This document shows positions 11,456 to 25,475 of a stretch of 64,000 nt of DNA, one piece after another. The notes under the pieces were generated by a model. It saw only the letters and a program-made list of their open reading frames with translations. It ran no database searches and was not told the DNA's origin. Source of the stretch: Podarcis melisellensis (lineage: Eukaryota). The position numbers and the translations under genes were made by a program. The stretch is taken from the NCBI GenBank assembly GCA_964234715.1, contig OZ174282.1; one strand, written 5' to 3'. Every line of letters starts with the position of its first letter. The stretch's first letter is position 1.

Positions 11456-14400
11456 GAGCTGCCCTTCACCCATTTGATACAAAATGCCTTTAAAAAACCT
11501 GCAGAAGAGCCTCTTGTATGGAAATCCTTGCAGCCCAGAAAGGGGCTGATGGTGGATTAGCTGCATCCCCAAATGCTCTGCTGAGCAGGCTGTCCTTAAA
11601 CCTCCACTGATGTGGTCCTTATGAATGGGAGGGATCCTTCTACTTCAGGCACCCTCAGAAGGGCAAAGGGGATAGTGTTCGGGCTGGGTATTTACCTTGG
11701 CACTGTACATGCCTTCCCTGTAAGAGAAGAAGGTGAGCTTGTGGTCCTTCTTGGCAGCAGTAGGCACATCCACATAGTCCAGGGTCTTCAGTGTGGTGGT
11801 CAATTCCAGCCTTTCAGGCTTCAGCATATCCACTGTCACACGGAATCTGTCAGAGGAAGGAGAGTCACCACATTCACCCTCTAAATGCTCCACAGGGGCT
11901 AGATGTGGAATGTTGGCTGTGGCTGTGCAGACAAAGAGAGGCCACTTTCTCCCCAGCTTTATCCACTGAAGAAAAACACCCACAAGCAAATAACTGTCTT
12001 CTGTTACAGATAGGTAGCCGTGTTGGTCTGCCATAGTCAAAACAAAAAAAATTTGGACCACAACACTCATCAGCCCTAGACAGCAAAGCCAGCAGTCAGA
12101 GATACTGGAAGCTACAGCTGTCTTTAAGGTGCTACTGGAAGGATTTTTTTTTGTTTTAACTGTCTTCTGTATAATTTGCAGCTTTTCAACTTTTATTCAA
12201 GCAAGTTAAAAAATAAATAGCTTAGCCTCTTCAACTGGGTCATGGGCAGGGCCAGGTATGCAGACATTTAGCAGGAAATCATATTTATTCCAATGAAATG
12301 AAAAGATTCACTTACTTGTTTCTACAGATTCAGCTGGTGTTAAAGGCACAGGGCAGCCATTACTACTACTACTACTACTACTGAAATTTGTATTCTGCCC
12401 TATACCCAAGATTCTTGTCCGATTCCATAGCATCCTAAGTCTTTAGTTTGGGTTTTCTTGGAAGAGAAATATAATATGGACTTGCTGGAGCAATATTCAA
12501 AGGTGGGATTTGATTGATGTAACCACAGAAAGTACCAGAGAAAGAAAAGATGAAAGGAGGCTGAAAGTCTATTTGGGGGCAAGGTGTTGACTTCCAACTT
12601 GGAGAAGCACTGGAGAAACACCACCCCCCACTGCAATTGTGAAAGGAATATATTCATTTTGCTCCTGTGGCCCATCACAAGCAGTATAGTCTTGATGGGG
12701 GCTCACCAACCTGACTCAAAAGAGTCACATTTCATTGCACAGCTGGACCATCAATCTCACCCATTTCATCGTCCTTCAATATATTTCTGCTTAGATATAT
12801 CATCATCAGGCATGAAACTGGTGTGGTTAGGGGGTAGGAAGAGTTTGAGCAACATTTAGGGGTGCTCAGAACCACCTCTATGGAGACAATGTTCATTTTA
12901 TGTGGACCTCAAAGTGTCTAAGGTTAAGAAAGGCAACTGCTGGGAGCTCTGGGATGTATTGCAGTTTCCTCACATAAAATAGAAGAAAGACAGGTGGAGA
13001 CTCACTCAGAGCTATACTGTTGCCCTGGATTTAGGAGGAGGAGGATGTAACAAAGTGAAAATTATTGTGCCATACAGTGCAACCAAACTGCAAGACCTAG
13101 ACCACAGACTAGCCTAGCTGCTGCATCCTTCACCAGTGTTGCCCAGGTTTTTGAGGTATGCCTGGCTATAGATCCTTCCTTCCTTCCCACTTCCTGCTGT
13201 GTGAATAGGTCATAGCCTGCATGGAGCTCAACACTGGTCACTGCAGAAGTCTCAAGGCTTTCCTTGGACTGCAACCAAAGCTCACCCAACAGAGTGCAAC
13301 TCTCAGCCACTGGAATTGCAGAATCCTGGGACCATGGCCTATAACAGGTTACTGACAATGGATGCCAAGGCACACCTTGAACTGTAGAATCCTGCTTGGT
13401 ACTGGATGGAACAGAAGCTGCCAGTCCCAACCCTATGACCCCCGTCCCATTTACCTTTGCGGCTTGTTTAGCCAATTGGAGATGGGGAGAAGTTCTGTGT
13501 AGAATGTTTTGCATGGAACTTCTCTTATGATGTTCCCAGCAGACTTTGGAGGCTCTGCGGTGCCTTGCAGGAGGTACAGCAGCCCCGTCCCATCCGGGAG
13601 GGGGAAGAAGATGGACCCCTAACAGGCAAGAGGAGAAATGAGAACCTCAAGATACACACATGACCTGACCATATTTCTCCTGTGAAATGTGGCTGCTTTG
13701 AAAGATACTAGGAAAAGAAGATGGTCCTCAGGCCACCTGGCATTTGCAACAGAAAAACAAAATAGCTGCCTTCTCATGGAAATGCCACTCTCTGGAGTAA
13801 GCTCACCATGCTTAATGCAACATAGCAGAGCATCAAATGAAGCTGCAGAGGTGCTTCTACAGCTAAAATACTTTTAGCTCACCTAAAGTAATGAACCAAA
13901 GTTAGTCAGATCCATTAACTTCAATGGTTTCATTGAGTATGACTAGCATTGGATCCAACTCTTAGTTTTGTGTTCTTTTAGTTTAATGTTATTTTATCTT
14001 TAATTAAAAAAAAAATTGCAATCCTTGGCCATGAAAATCACTGGGTGACCTTAGGCCAGTCACTGCCTCTCAGCCTGACCCAATTCAAAGGACTGTTGCG
14101 AGGATTAAATGAGGAAGGAGAGAACCAAGTATGCTACCTTGAGCTCCTTGGAGAAGTAATGTGTGATATAAATGCAATAAATAAAATATTTCTTTTTAAT
14201 AATTACTTTAAAATAATTATTTTAAAACAATTGGCTGATAAAGGTACATGGAAACTTTGGGCTGCCAATAGTAAGTCTCCATAGAGAGAAGCCCGCAAAT
14301 CTAGTCCAATTCCCTAGCAATTCTGATCTGAGACCCAAAATATCCTCTCTGCCCCCCCACAAGCATCTTTGCCCTTTGTTGTGAAATACCTGGTCCTTCT

Positions 14401-17400
14401 TGTTGTCTGAATTCATGGCAAGGGGTTTATAGGTGACTTCATATGGCTTGTTTTGCTGGTGGGCTTCTACCCTAATGAACTCTGGACCCTTCCATTGCTC
14501 CCCTTCAATGATTGGCCGCAGGGTCCAAGCTTGGTTGGTCTTGTTGGATAACATAATGGTCTGTGTGTGCTTTGCCCGCACCTGACATGTGAAATTCACC
14601 ACCTGAAGAGTGAAAGGAGGGGACGGAGAGTGTCATAGTTTTTTCCTATATGGTCAACACACTTGAATTCTGAACATGTTCCGGGTGGTTTTAGCACATT
14701 CAAAACTAGGCTGTCCAAGCCTCCTTTTCTTCAGAGCTGTTTCGGTACTGGTTTTCTGAATTTCACCTTGCTAAATAATTTCCCTTCACAAAGAGGAAAA
14801 AGCTCTCCAGGGCAGCTGACTGAAGATGGGAATTACACTGGGGAAGCAAGAGTTCCAGTGCACCATCTCAAAGAAAAAAATAAATGGGTGGACTGGAGGT
14901 GGTGGGGTTGTTGCCAGTCCTTCATAGTCTGGAGTCACTTAACCTTGGGCCCTCAGATGTTCCTGGACTCTACCTCCAATCAGCTGTAGTCAGTAGAGCC
15001 AGAAGTCGAAAGATGATGTGAGTTGTAGTTCAACAGCATCTAGAGGGCACCCAGTTGGGGAAGGCCGGCTTAGAGCTCAAGAGCCCACAAAGCACATCTT
15101 CCCCCAAGCACAAAAAGCATTTGCAACTGGGGGACATTTTGAAGACATTTGAGTTGCTACATCTGTATTACTCCTTATTTGGTAATTCAGGGATAGCTAC
15201 AACATGGTGTCCTCCAAATACTGCTACAATTTCCATTACCCCTGGCCATCAGCTATGCCCTCCAGATGTTTTGGGACTACAACTCCCATCACCCCTAGCT
15301 AACAGGACCAGTGGTCAGATATAATGGGAATTGTATTCCCAAAACATCTGGAGGGCCGAGTTTGCCTATGCCTGAGCTATACCTACTGAAAGGCCTCTAG
15401 GTTGTATATAAACAGTTTCCCCAAATAAAAAGTGTATGTTGCAGGTTATTGTGGCAAGGGTGGTCACATCTGACCTTTATTTTTTAATAAACAGAAAAGA
15501 ACAACTAAAAGGAGAGTGCTGGGACATGGCCAAATGGGGGGAGGGGGATGGAAGGATAACTGTATTTTTGCATGGTAGTTCAGAGAGTGCAAATCTCAGA
15601 GGTTTCACATCCAAGTCTGATCCAAACACATTAATCCTCTGTCCAAATATGCAAATACAGCTGCAGAGAGTGTTCCGCTAGTCACATGTGAGACCTGCCA
15701 TCCCACGAAAACAGTCCTGTTGAGGAGGTTTTGTACCTCTTTGACCTGGGGGACTCCCACACAGCATCCGGTGAGCATGAGCTTGAGCGGTTCTCTGCCT
15801 TGGATGTGACACTGGAGGTTCTCATAGCAGATGTCCTGGCTCTGCTCACAGGGGTGGAAAGTCACTTCAAAGAAGACGTCCGTTCCTGGGGAAATGTAGC
15901 CTTCCACTGGCCTAATGGAGAAGTCTGGCTTGAAGCGCTTGGCGTCCCATTTAAATCTTTTCACGAAAAGAAAAAGAAGCATTTCAGCAGGAGGGTGAAG
16001 GACAACCCAGAAAGCCCATTTGCTCTCGTTTCCTCCATGCTTCCTTTCTTGAGCCATTTCAAGAGGCACATTTGGAAGAGAAAGACAGGAGGCTGACCTG
16101 GGAAACCTGGGAAGACCAAACCCACTGGCTGCAGATTGCTGATCTCTAGTGCTGAGAGTTGCTGCCATGCAGGGAATTGGAGGTATTGTAATAGACACAA
16201 TCTATTAGAAATGCCTCCATTGGGGTTGGGAAAACACACATTTTGGATTAGCCCTTCTGAAGATGGTTGGTGCTCCATGGTAGGGCTACAGAGAGGAATT
16301 ACTGAAAAGGAGTTTATGCAGCCACAACCCCCTAGTGACAAAGACAGTGGGAGGTGATGGGGGAAGGATAACAGGATTGGAAGGAGACTCAGGTGAGTGG
16401 CATTGCCCTAACAGAATCCTGGGTTACTCAAAAACGTGCAAAAAATTTTACCACCTGAAGCTGGCCCAGTGGACATGGATTTACTGTCCTGTTTCTTTTC
16501 TGTTTTGTTTTGCCTTTGACACCTCTGGAACAAGTGAATGGCCACTTAAGCCAGGACTTGAAGGGAGGAAGACCAGCCTTGTGGAGCATAAAGGATGGTG
16601 GAGTGGGGTGGGGAGGGGAGGGAAACTCAGCCAGAAGGACTTTCTCTGTTTACCCCACACCGATGTCTCCTGTGTTCTGCATCATGATGCGGCGGGAAGC
16701 CTGGCTCCGTAGCACCACTGCTCCAAAAGGGACATGATCCTGGTCCAGACTGACTTCGATGCCCTGGCTGCAGCCTTGCACCACAAAGAGGGAGCGCAGG
16801 ATCCCGTGGCACTCAAGCAGGACCTCCTCTTTGAATGGCAGGATGCGGCTCTTCGGGGCAAAAGTCAACTCCACGTGGCATGTGCCTTCTTTGGGCTTCA
16901 GGGTTATTTCATTGCATGGAGTCATAGAAAGAACCTGTCAAAGAGAGATGGGTCTGAACACTTCCTGGACCAGACATTGCCCCAGATAACTCCAAGGGGC
17001 TGCTTTTCTCCAGCAAGTCTGGTAGGTTTGGTGGCTAAGGTTGCCACTTTTTTCACTGGCAGAACAGCTGAATAAAAGGCATATGTATGGCTTTTGCACC
17101 ATGAATACGTAATTAGTGAAGGGCAAGCTCTTCCTGGATTGATTTAGAATGGACCTATCCCAAACAAATTAAACTTGGGTCCCATTCTGAGGTAACACCC
17201 TCTCATGCTCCTGATAAACAGGCCTGGAATCCCCACCTCAATGCTTCACTTTTTTCCAAACTCACTTGCAAAATGTTGCAATTAGGAGGACTTAACCTTA
17301 TTCCCAGTGCAAAGATTCATGGGAGATGTAGTTCCATGGCTCTTGGTGCCCTAGTAGACCCATCAGGATCCATGGATACTACATACTTCACAGAACACTA

Positions 17401-20400
17401 GGATGTCTTTTCAACAACTGTTAATTGTCTGTGCTTTTCTGTAATTCATTTCCCTCTAACCTCCCTGCACTTCCTCCACATGTCAAACATATACTGTACC
17501 TGTAACTCAGGATAACAGTTCACGCATCTAATGAAGTGGACTGTAGTTCACGTCAGCTTAAGCCATAATAAATGTATCAGTCTTGAAGATTATACAATAC
17601 TCTTTGTTCTTTTCACTGCAACAATCTAGCATGGCTACCCCTCTGGAACTGGGAAAAGTAGCTCCCATGGATCCTGATGATGCTAATGGGACATCATTGG
17701 GAACTAAAGCTCCCAGGGGCCCTTATGCCTAGGATACTGCTATAGCTGTATCCAAAGTCTAAAGGACCAATGAAATCTTCCTGATGCAAACATAGCCATT
17801 TGGTGATCTTGGATTGGAGGCAGTGGTGTCAAGGAGGGTCAACACTGGGCTGAACTTCAGAAGGGAGATGGATGGGTATGAATTTTCAGAACTGTGAAAT
17901 GTGATATCCAAACAAACATCTCAATTATAAACTTTGACACCCTTACTAGGTAGGACAGACACTGCTTCGTATTTCTCCTTATGCAGTTGTTAAAGGTCCT
18001 GCCAGATAAATAGGTAGCAATTCAATTGCCCCAGTAGAGACCAGGCTACCTGGTCTGCTAGCCAACCATTTTTAGAAATAACCAAACCACTCATATTTCT
18101 CATTTTCCTTGCTTTCCACCAGCATATGGTACTGCTTGAACATGGAGGTTCCATTTAGATCACAAGGCTAATAGAACCAGTCATAATTTCACAGGAGTGC
18201 AGTTGAAGAAAAAAATAAGTTATAACATTAGTCTGCATAAAATATACCTGAAGTTGTTCAAACCCAGTTCAAAGTGCCCGAACTGGAGCATAATCCAAAT
18301 TTTGCCAGAGTTCTCCCCTCCTAAGGTAACCAACTACAAAAGCCATCCAGGCTTCCCAAGGGAGAGGAAAGCCAGAAAATACATTATGTTTGGGAGGGCC
18401 CTCTTTGGTGAGAGTTTGTCTGGTTTAGCTTTGGCAGTGTTCCAGAAGCCAAATTTGACTGGTAAGACATTTTTGGTTAATGATTCTGCTATGCAATAGC
18501 ATTTCTTCCTTCACTCAAAACAGAGTCAGGTGAACAATATCAAAGTCTTAACTTTTCTGAGCTAATAATGGATTGTAGCCTTACTTATTAATCTGAATTC
18601 TTTCTCAGCGATTCCGCATATGCAATCCTACAAGGGGGGGGGGAGTTATGTTTAAGCCACTGAAATTAGAAATGCACCACAGTATTAAGAACACAATCCC
18701 TTATGTTAGAATGACCAGTGGTGCAGGGGGTCCCAAGGCAGGAAAGGGGGGAGGGACAACACTTACCTTCTGTTCCTGCAACTCTGATGCAGAGTACATG
18801 AAATTTAGGTTGAAGGTGACAAAAGTGACACTGCGGTTCACTATCGTCACCATCTTCTTCACACTGTGCCCTGGAGGGACAGCTCCAAATTTCAGCACTT
18901 TGTTGTGAGGTTCTGCAACCTCTATCTGTGGGCAAAGAAAACACACAGTGGGGACAACTGAAATGGAGCAGGAAAAAGAGGTAAGAAAATGGCGCAGGCT
19001 AGTGTGATGGAGGGTCCATAAAACAATTAGACGTGAGGAGAAAATGACACCAGGAGAGTGCATGAACGGCTCAAGGATGAGAAAACAACATTGTCTTTTA
19101 GGAAAAAACAGCAGGTGAGTGATTATGCTGAAAGCAGAAAAAACTCAAAAAAATTGTGCCTTCATGACGTCTGGATTGCCCTGAAGAAGCTGCTGATGCT
19201 CCCTTTTGGATGCCTCAGTCCCCCTGTCTCCTTCCAAGATCTCCAGATTTCCTTCAGTGATGGAAAGTCAAACTCCTCACCATTTCCTTCTGGCCTAGCA
19301 TGTCACCAAGCAGAGGTGGAGAACGTACTGGGCAACAGCTCCTGCAGTCCTTGAGCACTGGTCCTGCTGGCTGCTGGAAGTTGGGGCACAGATGATCCCC
19401 ATCCCTGTCGTGAACATCTATCCTCCTTCCATTGTGAGCTTTGGATATCCCTGACTGCGATGCAATGTTGTTTCAGAAGTGCCTAATTCAACAATCTCAT
19501 ATTCAGCCCAGGGAGGAGACTTTCAACAGTTCTAACCATGTTGCTTTGCTCCTACCCTGTCTGCAACCACTTTCATGTCACTGCGTATTTGCAAGAACTT
19601 AGTAGGCTCTGTCCCACTCTGCACACCTCAGTTAATGACCATGTCAGTGCTAACTCTTCTATCTCGATATAAAAATTGAGAAGCAGCCTCTGCTCGTTTG
19701 GAGGATCTTTTCCTTCCTTTCAACTTAGATTTGACTGTAGAAACCCAACAAATGCAAGGCTGAAGGAAGCCAATTCAATAAAGATAAATAAGATACAGCT
19801 CCTAAAAATATATCCCACTTGCCTAAAGAATAACGTATTTGAGCTGCATCTTATAAGAGGCACAAAAGCTGAAGTCTTAATTTGGCCTCTCTGGCTGTGG
19901 AGCCCAGAGGTCCAGGACACTCATTCAGTCTCACCTTCATCTCAATGCCCTTCCCGAAGACCTCAATATTACGCTGCAAGACCCCATTGATTTCAAAGGT
20001 GATGACCTCATGGTAGGAAATGGCCTCTCGGGGATAGAAGGTGATTGGAATCTCTGCCTTTCCTCCAGCACCCAGCACTTCAGCATGGAAGCCAACCTCG
20101 AGGTAAGCTGTGTTGGTGAACAAGCATTCCAGGCTATGAAGAGGCAGAAGAGACTATTATCAGCCTTACAGAGTGGTGGTCATTCTCTCCAGCCACAAAG
20201 CCTGCCTGAGCCCCTACTAGGTTCTAGACTTAGGTGGCACTGATACCACATTTTGAAACAGAAAGATTCTTTCTCCAAAAAGGTGCCTCTGACTCTGAAA
20301 GATGAGTAGCTTTCCAACAGTTTGACGTGTGGACCTCAAATATGACTGAAAAAGGGATTTTTGGAATAAATATCAAGGAGTGCCAGGTTATAACTCTTTT

Positions 20401-23400
20401 CCTGTTTTGTAAGAGTTTTATATGTTGCTCAGAAGAAATTTATATTTAAGGTTTAGGTTAATCTTTATGTATACAATGTGACAATTTATACTTTTTAAAG
20501 CACATTTTAATTGATTTACATGTGACTGATATGTTCTATGCTGATTTGCCTACCCAGTTAACTTTTTACTTAATCATTTACTTAATTATTTATTAACCTG
20601 CCTCATCATTTTATTTAATTATTTAACTTGGGTTTATAATTATTTGTATACTGTATTATTTGCTTTCTGGTTATAATATCTGTATCACTGACAGCTAAAA
20701 GTAGCAGGGTTGCCAATATAGATGGTAAAACTAATTAATTCTGTATCAACTACCCTGTGTCATGCCGCCTATTTAATCCATGCCACTTATTTGGAATTAT
20801 TAAGCTACATTTTCAAAAAGCAAATGAGTGTGACAGGGGTTGAACTTCACTCCTCTCCTTTTTACCCTCTCACAGCCTCCACAATCTTCCTCTCCTCCCC
20901 CCTCTCTCCATACAGTGATCAGCTCTAATGTCTGTTCCAACTCTCTGTGCTTCTGCTATGTGCATTTTTTTCTTGGGCTAATAGCTGATCTCAGTGGAGA
21001 GATGCACTGACAATGTTGAGGCAAGGCACTAGAACACAAGGAGCCCCTACCAGGGCAGAGTTGGAGCAGGCAAAGAGAGAGAAGACATGATCCAAAGTGT
21101 TGTGTCACACATTCATCCCTTCCTGACTGCTAATGTGCCTGTGCAAATGGGGCATCACACATTTGTCAACTACCACACCAGGGGTGAGGTTTATACTTTC
21201 CAAAATTGCCTTCTGCCTTCAACAAGTGAGGCAGAAAATGGAGGTTGGGACTACTAATGATACCAGCTAGCTCATCCGAAAAAGCCCATCTAAGCAGCTG
21301 GAGATCTTCTAATTGCAACCCCAACAGATGCTGCAGATTGAAAGGTTGACAGGGCTGTGATGCCTCTTAAGGAGAGTCCGCTGATCTAGGTAGCGTATTG
21401 ATTTGCCCTTTGCTGAGTGGGCTATATAAATTCCCAAGGCAGGCATGGGACTTTGCCTGAGCAATGGTCAATTTGAGCTTCCCTGCCTGTGATTCTTGGT
21501 TCTGATTCTCCCACCTTTTGCCCTCCACCCTGCTAGCTCTTTGCTCTGCCTGTAGCCCAACATCACACCACTCCTGGTGCTGTGCACCTGAATTTACCTC
21601 CTGCACATCTGGCATGGTGCTCTGTGTCTGCGAGGCACATCATTGGTCCAGCTTACCTTGCATCCTTGGCATCCTTATTCGTGACAGTCAGGATTCGTTT
21701 GGAAACGGTCATTCCACCTTGGTAGATGAAGCAGCTTCCAAACTCTACTTTGGTGAGGGAGAAATGGATGCTGGGATTCACAGCTGAGCCTTCCAGCAAA
21801 CAAGTAAATGTTGGTCCATGGCTGATCTGTGAGCACAGAGAGAGGCTGCCTCAGAACTGGTCAGATTAGTTGTCAGACTAATATATACTTGGCTAATTTT
21901 ATTTTTAAGACAATATCTGATTGTGCTGGGAGTTCTAAGCTTAATTTTTTTATATCCTTGGTGTAACTATTAAGTGGGTGATTTGAAACCTTCTCGTCAG
22001 ACAACAGAAGAAACCCACCACCACCGACCCTGGGTCTTCCTTACCTGCAGCTTCAGCTCCACATCTTTTAAGGTGCATGGCTTCAGCGGGTGGAAGGACA
22101 GCAGGACCTCTGTCCGATCCCCTGCTTCTACTACTTCGTTATTTGGAGAGATGGCAAAATATTGCTGCACTGCTTTGGCAAGGTCAAGTTCCCATGAGAA
22201 GTTGAAGTTAAATTTGCCAGTATTCAGAATATAGAAATGGCACTGAGCATAATCACTGACTTGCATCTGTCCGGAGCAAAGAGAAGATGCAGCATTAATA
22301 CTGTTGCAGAGCCACGGCTTGTTATAGGCTTGTCTTCCTTTGAGCTAGTGGTGCCACCCACAAAGTGGTGCCACCCACCCCTAGTTAGGATAGTCACTCC
22401 AGAAGGATACCATGGTCGATGGTATCAAAAACTGCTGAGAGGTCAAGAATAATTAACAGGGACATGTTTCCCTTGTGTCTCTCTGGATAGAGGTCATCAT
22501 ACAGGGCATCCAAAGAAGTTTCTGTGCCAAAATCGGGCCTAAACCCAGATTGAAATGGATCCAGAAAATCAGTTTTTTTTCCAAAAGTGCCTGAATCTGG
22601 TCTGCAACCACTCGCTCCAGAACATTGTTCAGGAAAGGGAGATTATTAACTGGCCGGTAGTTAGGTTTTCCGAATCCAGTGAAGGTTTCTTAAGGAATGG
22701 TTTTACCATTGCCTCCTTCAAACAGGCAGGAACCACCCCCTCTCATAAAGAGGCATTGATCACCTCCCTGGTCCAGCCAACAGTTCTCTCCCTGTTGGTT
22801 TTTATCAGCCAAGAGGAGCAAGGATCTAGAGTGCAAGTGGTTGCCCTGACCGATCCGAGCACCTTGTCCACATCCTCAAACCTTACCAACTGAAATTCAT
22901 CCAACACAACAGGACTAGACAGTGCTCTGGACATCCCATGAGATTCATCTGCTATAACAGCAGAGTCAAGGTCTTGGTCGATGAAAGTGATTTTATCCTC
23001 AAAATGCTTTGCAAACAAGTCACAGCGAGCTACCGTTGGTTCTCCAACCTCCTTTGTTCCAGCCTGTAAAAGGCCCTGTACAACCTGGAAAAGCTCTGCA
23101 GGAGGACATAATGAGGGTGCAATGGAGGCAGCAAAGTATGCTTTCTTTGCTGCCTTCACAACCACTAGGTAGGCTTGATAATGAGCCCTTACCAGTGTTC
23201 AGTTGCATTCATTCAGATCTTTCCTCCACTTGCGTTCAAGATGTCTCCCAGCTTGTTTCCTTGCCCTAAGCTCTGTAGTATACCAGGGGGCCAAACAGGC
23301 TCCATGAAGTGGGAGAGGGCAGTCATGGGTGATCGTGTCAGTAACCCAAGCCATTCAGGTGTTAAGAGTCCAATGGCACCCGTGCCCCACCTCTGCACTA

Positions 23401-24833
23401 GGGTCTAAACTCCACTGAGCTCAGTTTGATTTTTTTTCTCAAGTTGCATGCATAATATGAGCCTTCTGAAGTGGAAGAGAGAAGGGAATTTGTCACCACC
23501 TGGAGCATTGCCAAAGAGCATCAGAGTACATTTCTGCAAGGACCTCTCACAGTTTGTGACCCTACCTTTCCTACAAATGAATCCACAATGCTGATGCTTA
23601 GGGATCGGCCTAGCCGATCTGCTTAGGGATGTTTCCATCAACACAGCTTGCTGTTAAAGACACTGTTTCTCAAGCCATCACTATGGAAAATTCTGCAAAT
23701 TGTTGATGCTTGTTGGAGTCAAGTAGCGATAAGATAATCCTGGGCTCTCACCTCTTGAAAGCTGATCCGGTGTGGCTGGTCAGGGTCCAGCTCAGTAAGC
23801 AAACCGCTACTTTCCTGACACTTCACAGACACATTCATGGTGTGGCCAGTGGCTTTGATGTTCAAACAGAGGGGCTGGCTCTTTCTTTTGACATCACAGA
23901 TCAAGTTGAAGTTTACCTCCCCCTCCAGGTTAGGCATGAATAAGATGCTAATAGGAAGCCTGGTGAGAAAACACCACACATTTGGTTGGGGTTGGTTGCA
24001 CTGAGAAAACTAGTCACAAGGATAACTGCATCCTGTAGGATGCTGAGCCCTTTCAGCACTGAGGGCTTTTCAAGACCAGTTAACCCCCCATAAAACTGTG
24101 GAAATTTGCATGTATATCAATGCATGCTTTGTGCTAAGCCTGTAGCCAAAATCCTTCCCTGCAATGCAGAATGTGAAGTTGCAGGGGAGAAAGGGGCCAA
24201 AGAACAAGTGCTTTACAGATACAGTAATGCCATGGGACCAGAAACACAAAAATCTTATGAAGGGAATGTCTGGCTCGCTCCCAATCAACAGGGACACCCT
24301 GAGTACCAAGAATGTGCCATTCAAGGCACTTGTCATCTAGCTCCACATCCTCTTTTACCTGGAATGAGGTGGGATTGAGCCTTCCATGGGCTGCAGTTTT
24401 AGGCAGCTGATTCGCCCCTCTGAAAAACGAGAGCCTTCTCTGAAGGAAAAATTGTAGGTCTCATTCTCATTGTTGATAATGTCGATGCTCTCACGAGCCT
24501 CGTGTCCTTAGGGAGAGAAGAATAGCAGTGGAATGCTAGGGTTTGAGTCAGTTTGCTAGAGAGAACTCACCGCCTTCCCAATTATATTTACTCAGAATGT
24601 TTACTGTCTAAGAGTAAAATGTATTTTTCCCCCAATAAAAACTTAGGCAAAATGAAACACATTTATCCTTTAAAATTCACATTTTAATCTGAATTTTGCA
24701 GTGCCAATGCAGTTTTTCAACTATATGTTTAGGGAAGCTTTTAATGTTTAATAGGCTATTGTATTTTAGTGTTTTGTTGGAAGCCACCCAGAGTGGCTGG
24801 GGAAACCCAGCCAGATGGGCGGGGTATAAATAA

Positions 24834-24893
<60 letters not shown>

Positions 24894-25426
24894 CAAAAAT
24901 GGATATATTAAAGGGAAAGACCATTTGGTTCTTACCTTGCAAAGTTGATTTCTTTGTGCACCAAAATACTAAAGAATTTTTATGAATATTTGTTTTAAGA
25001 TCAAATTGCAGAATGATTAGATTGCACCATACGTTTATACAAATTGTGTGAAATATGGCAAATAGATATTCAGACTGGGAAAATAAGAAACTGAAATGGA
25101 CAGATCTCTCCCCCACCCCCGCTGCCTCTCATGTCTGTCCTTACCAATAAGGAGCGAGCGGAAGTTCAGGTGGGATCTTTCCAGAGACACAGCAGGGTCC
25201 GTGGTGTGACCAACCAAGAGGAATGGGACAGAAAGGTTGTGTTCAGGGATTAAGAAAGTCCAAAAGGATTCTGTGGTGTCCAGATGTTGAGGGATGAATT
25301 CAAATATGACCTACAGGTAAAAAGGCAACTGGAAACATCTGGCACAGTCCTGCTCTTGCTAGTGGCAGTTTTATACCTCCTTCCTCCCTGCCTTTACTAC
25401 AGTGCTTTCAAAAGTACCGGTATTTC

Positions 25427-25475
<49 letters not shown>

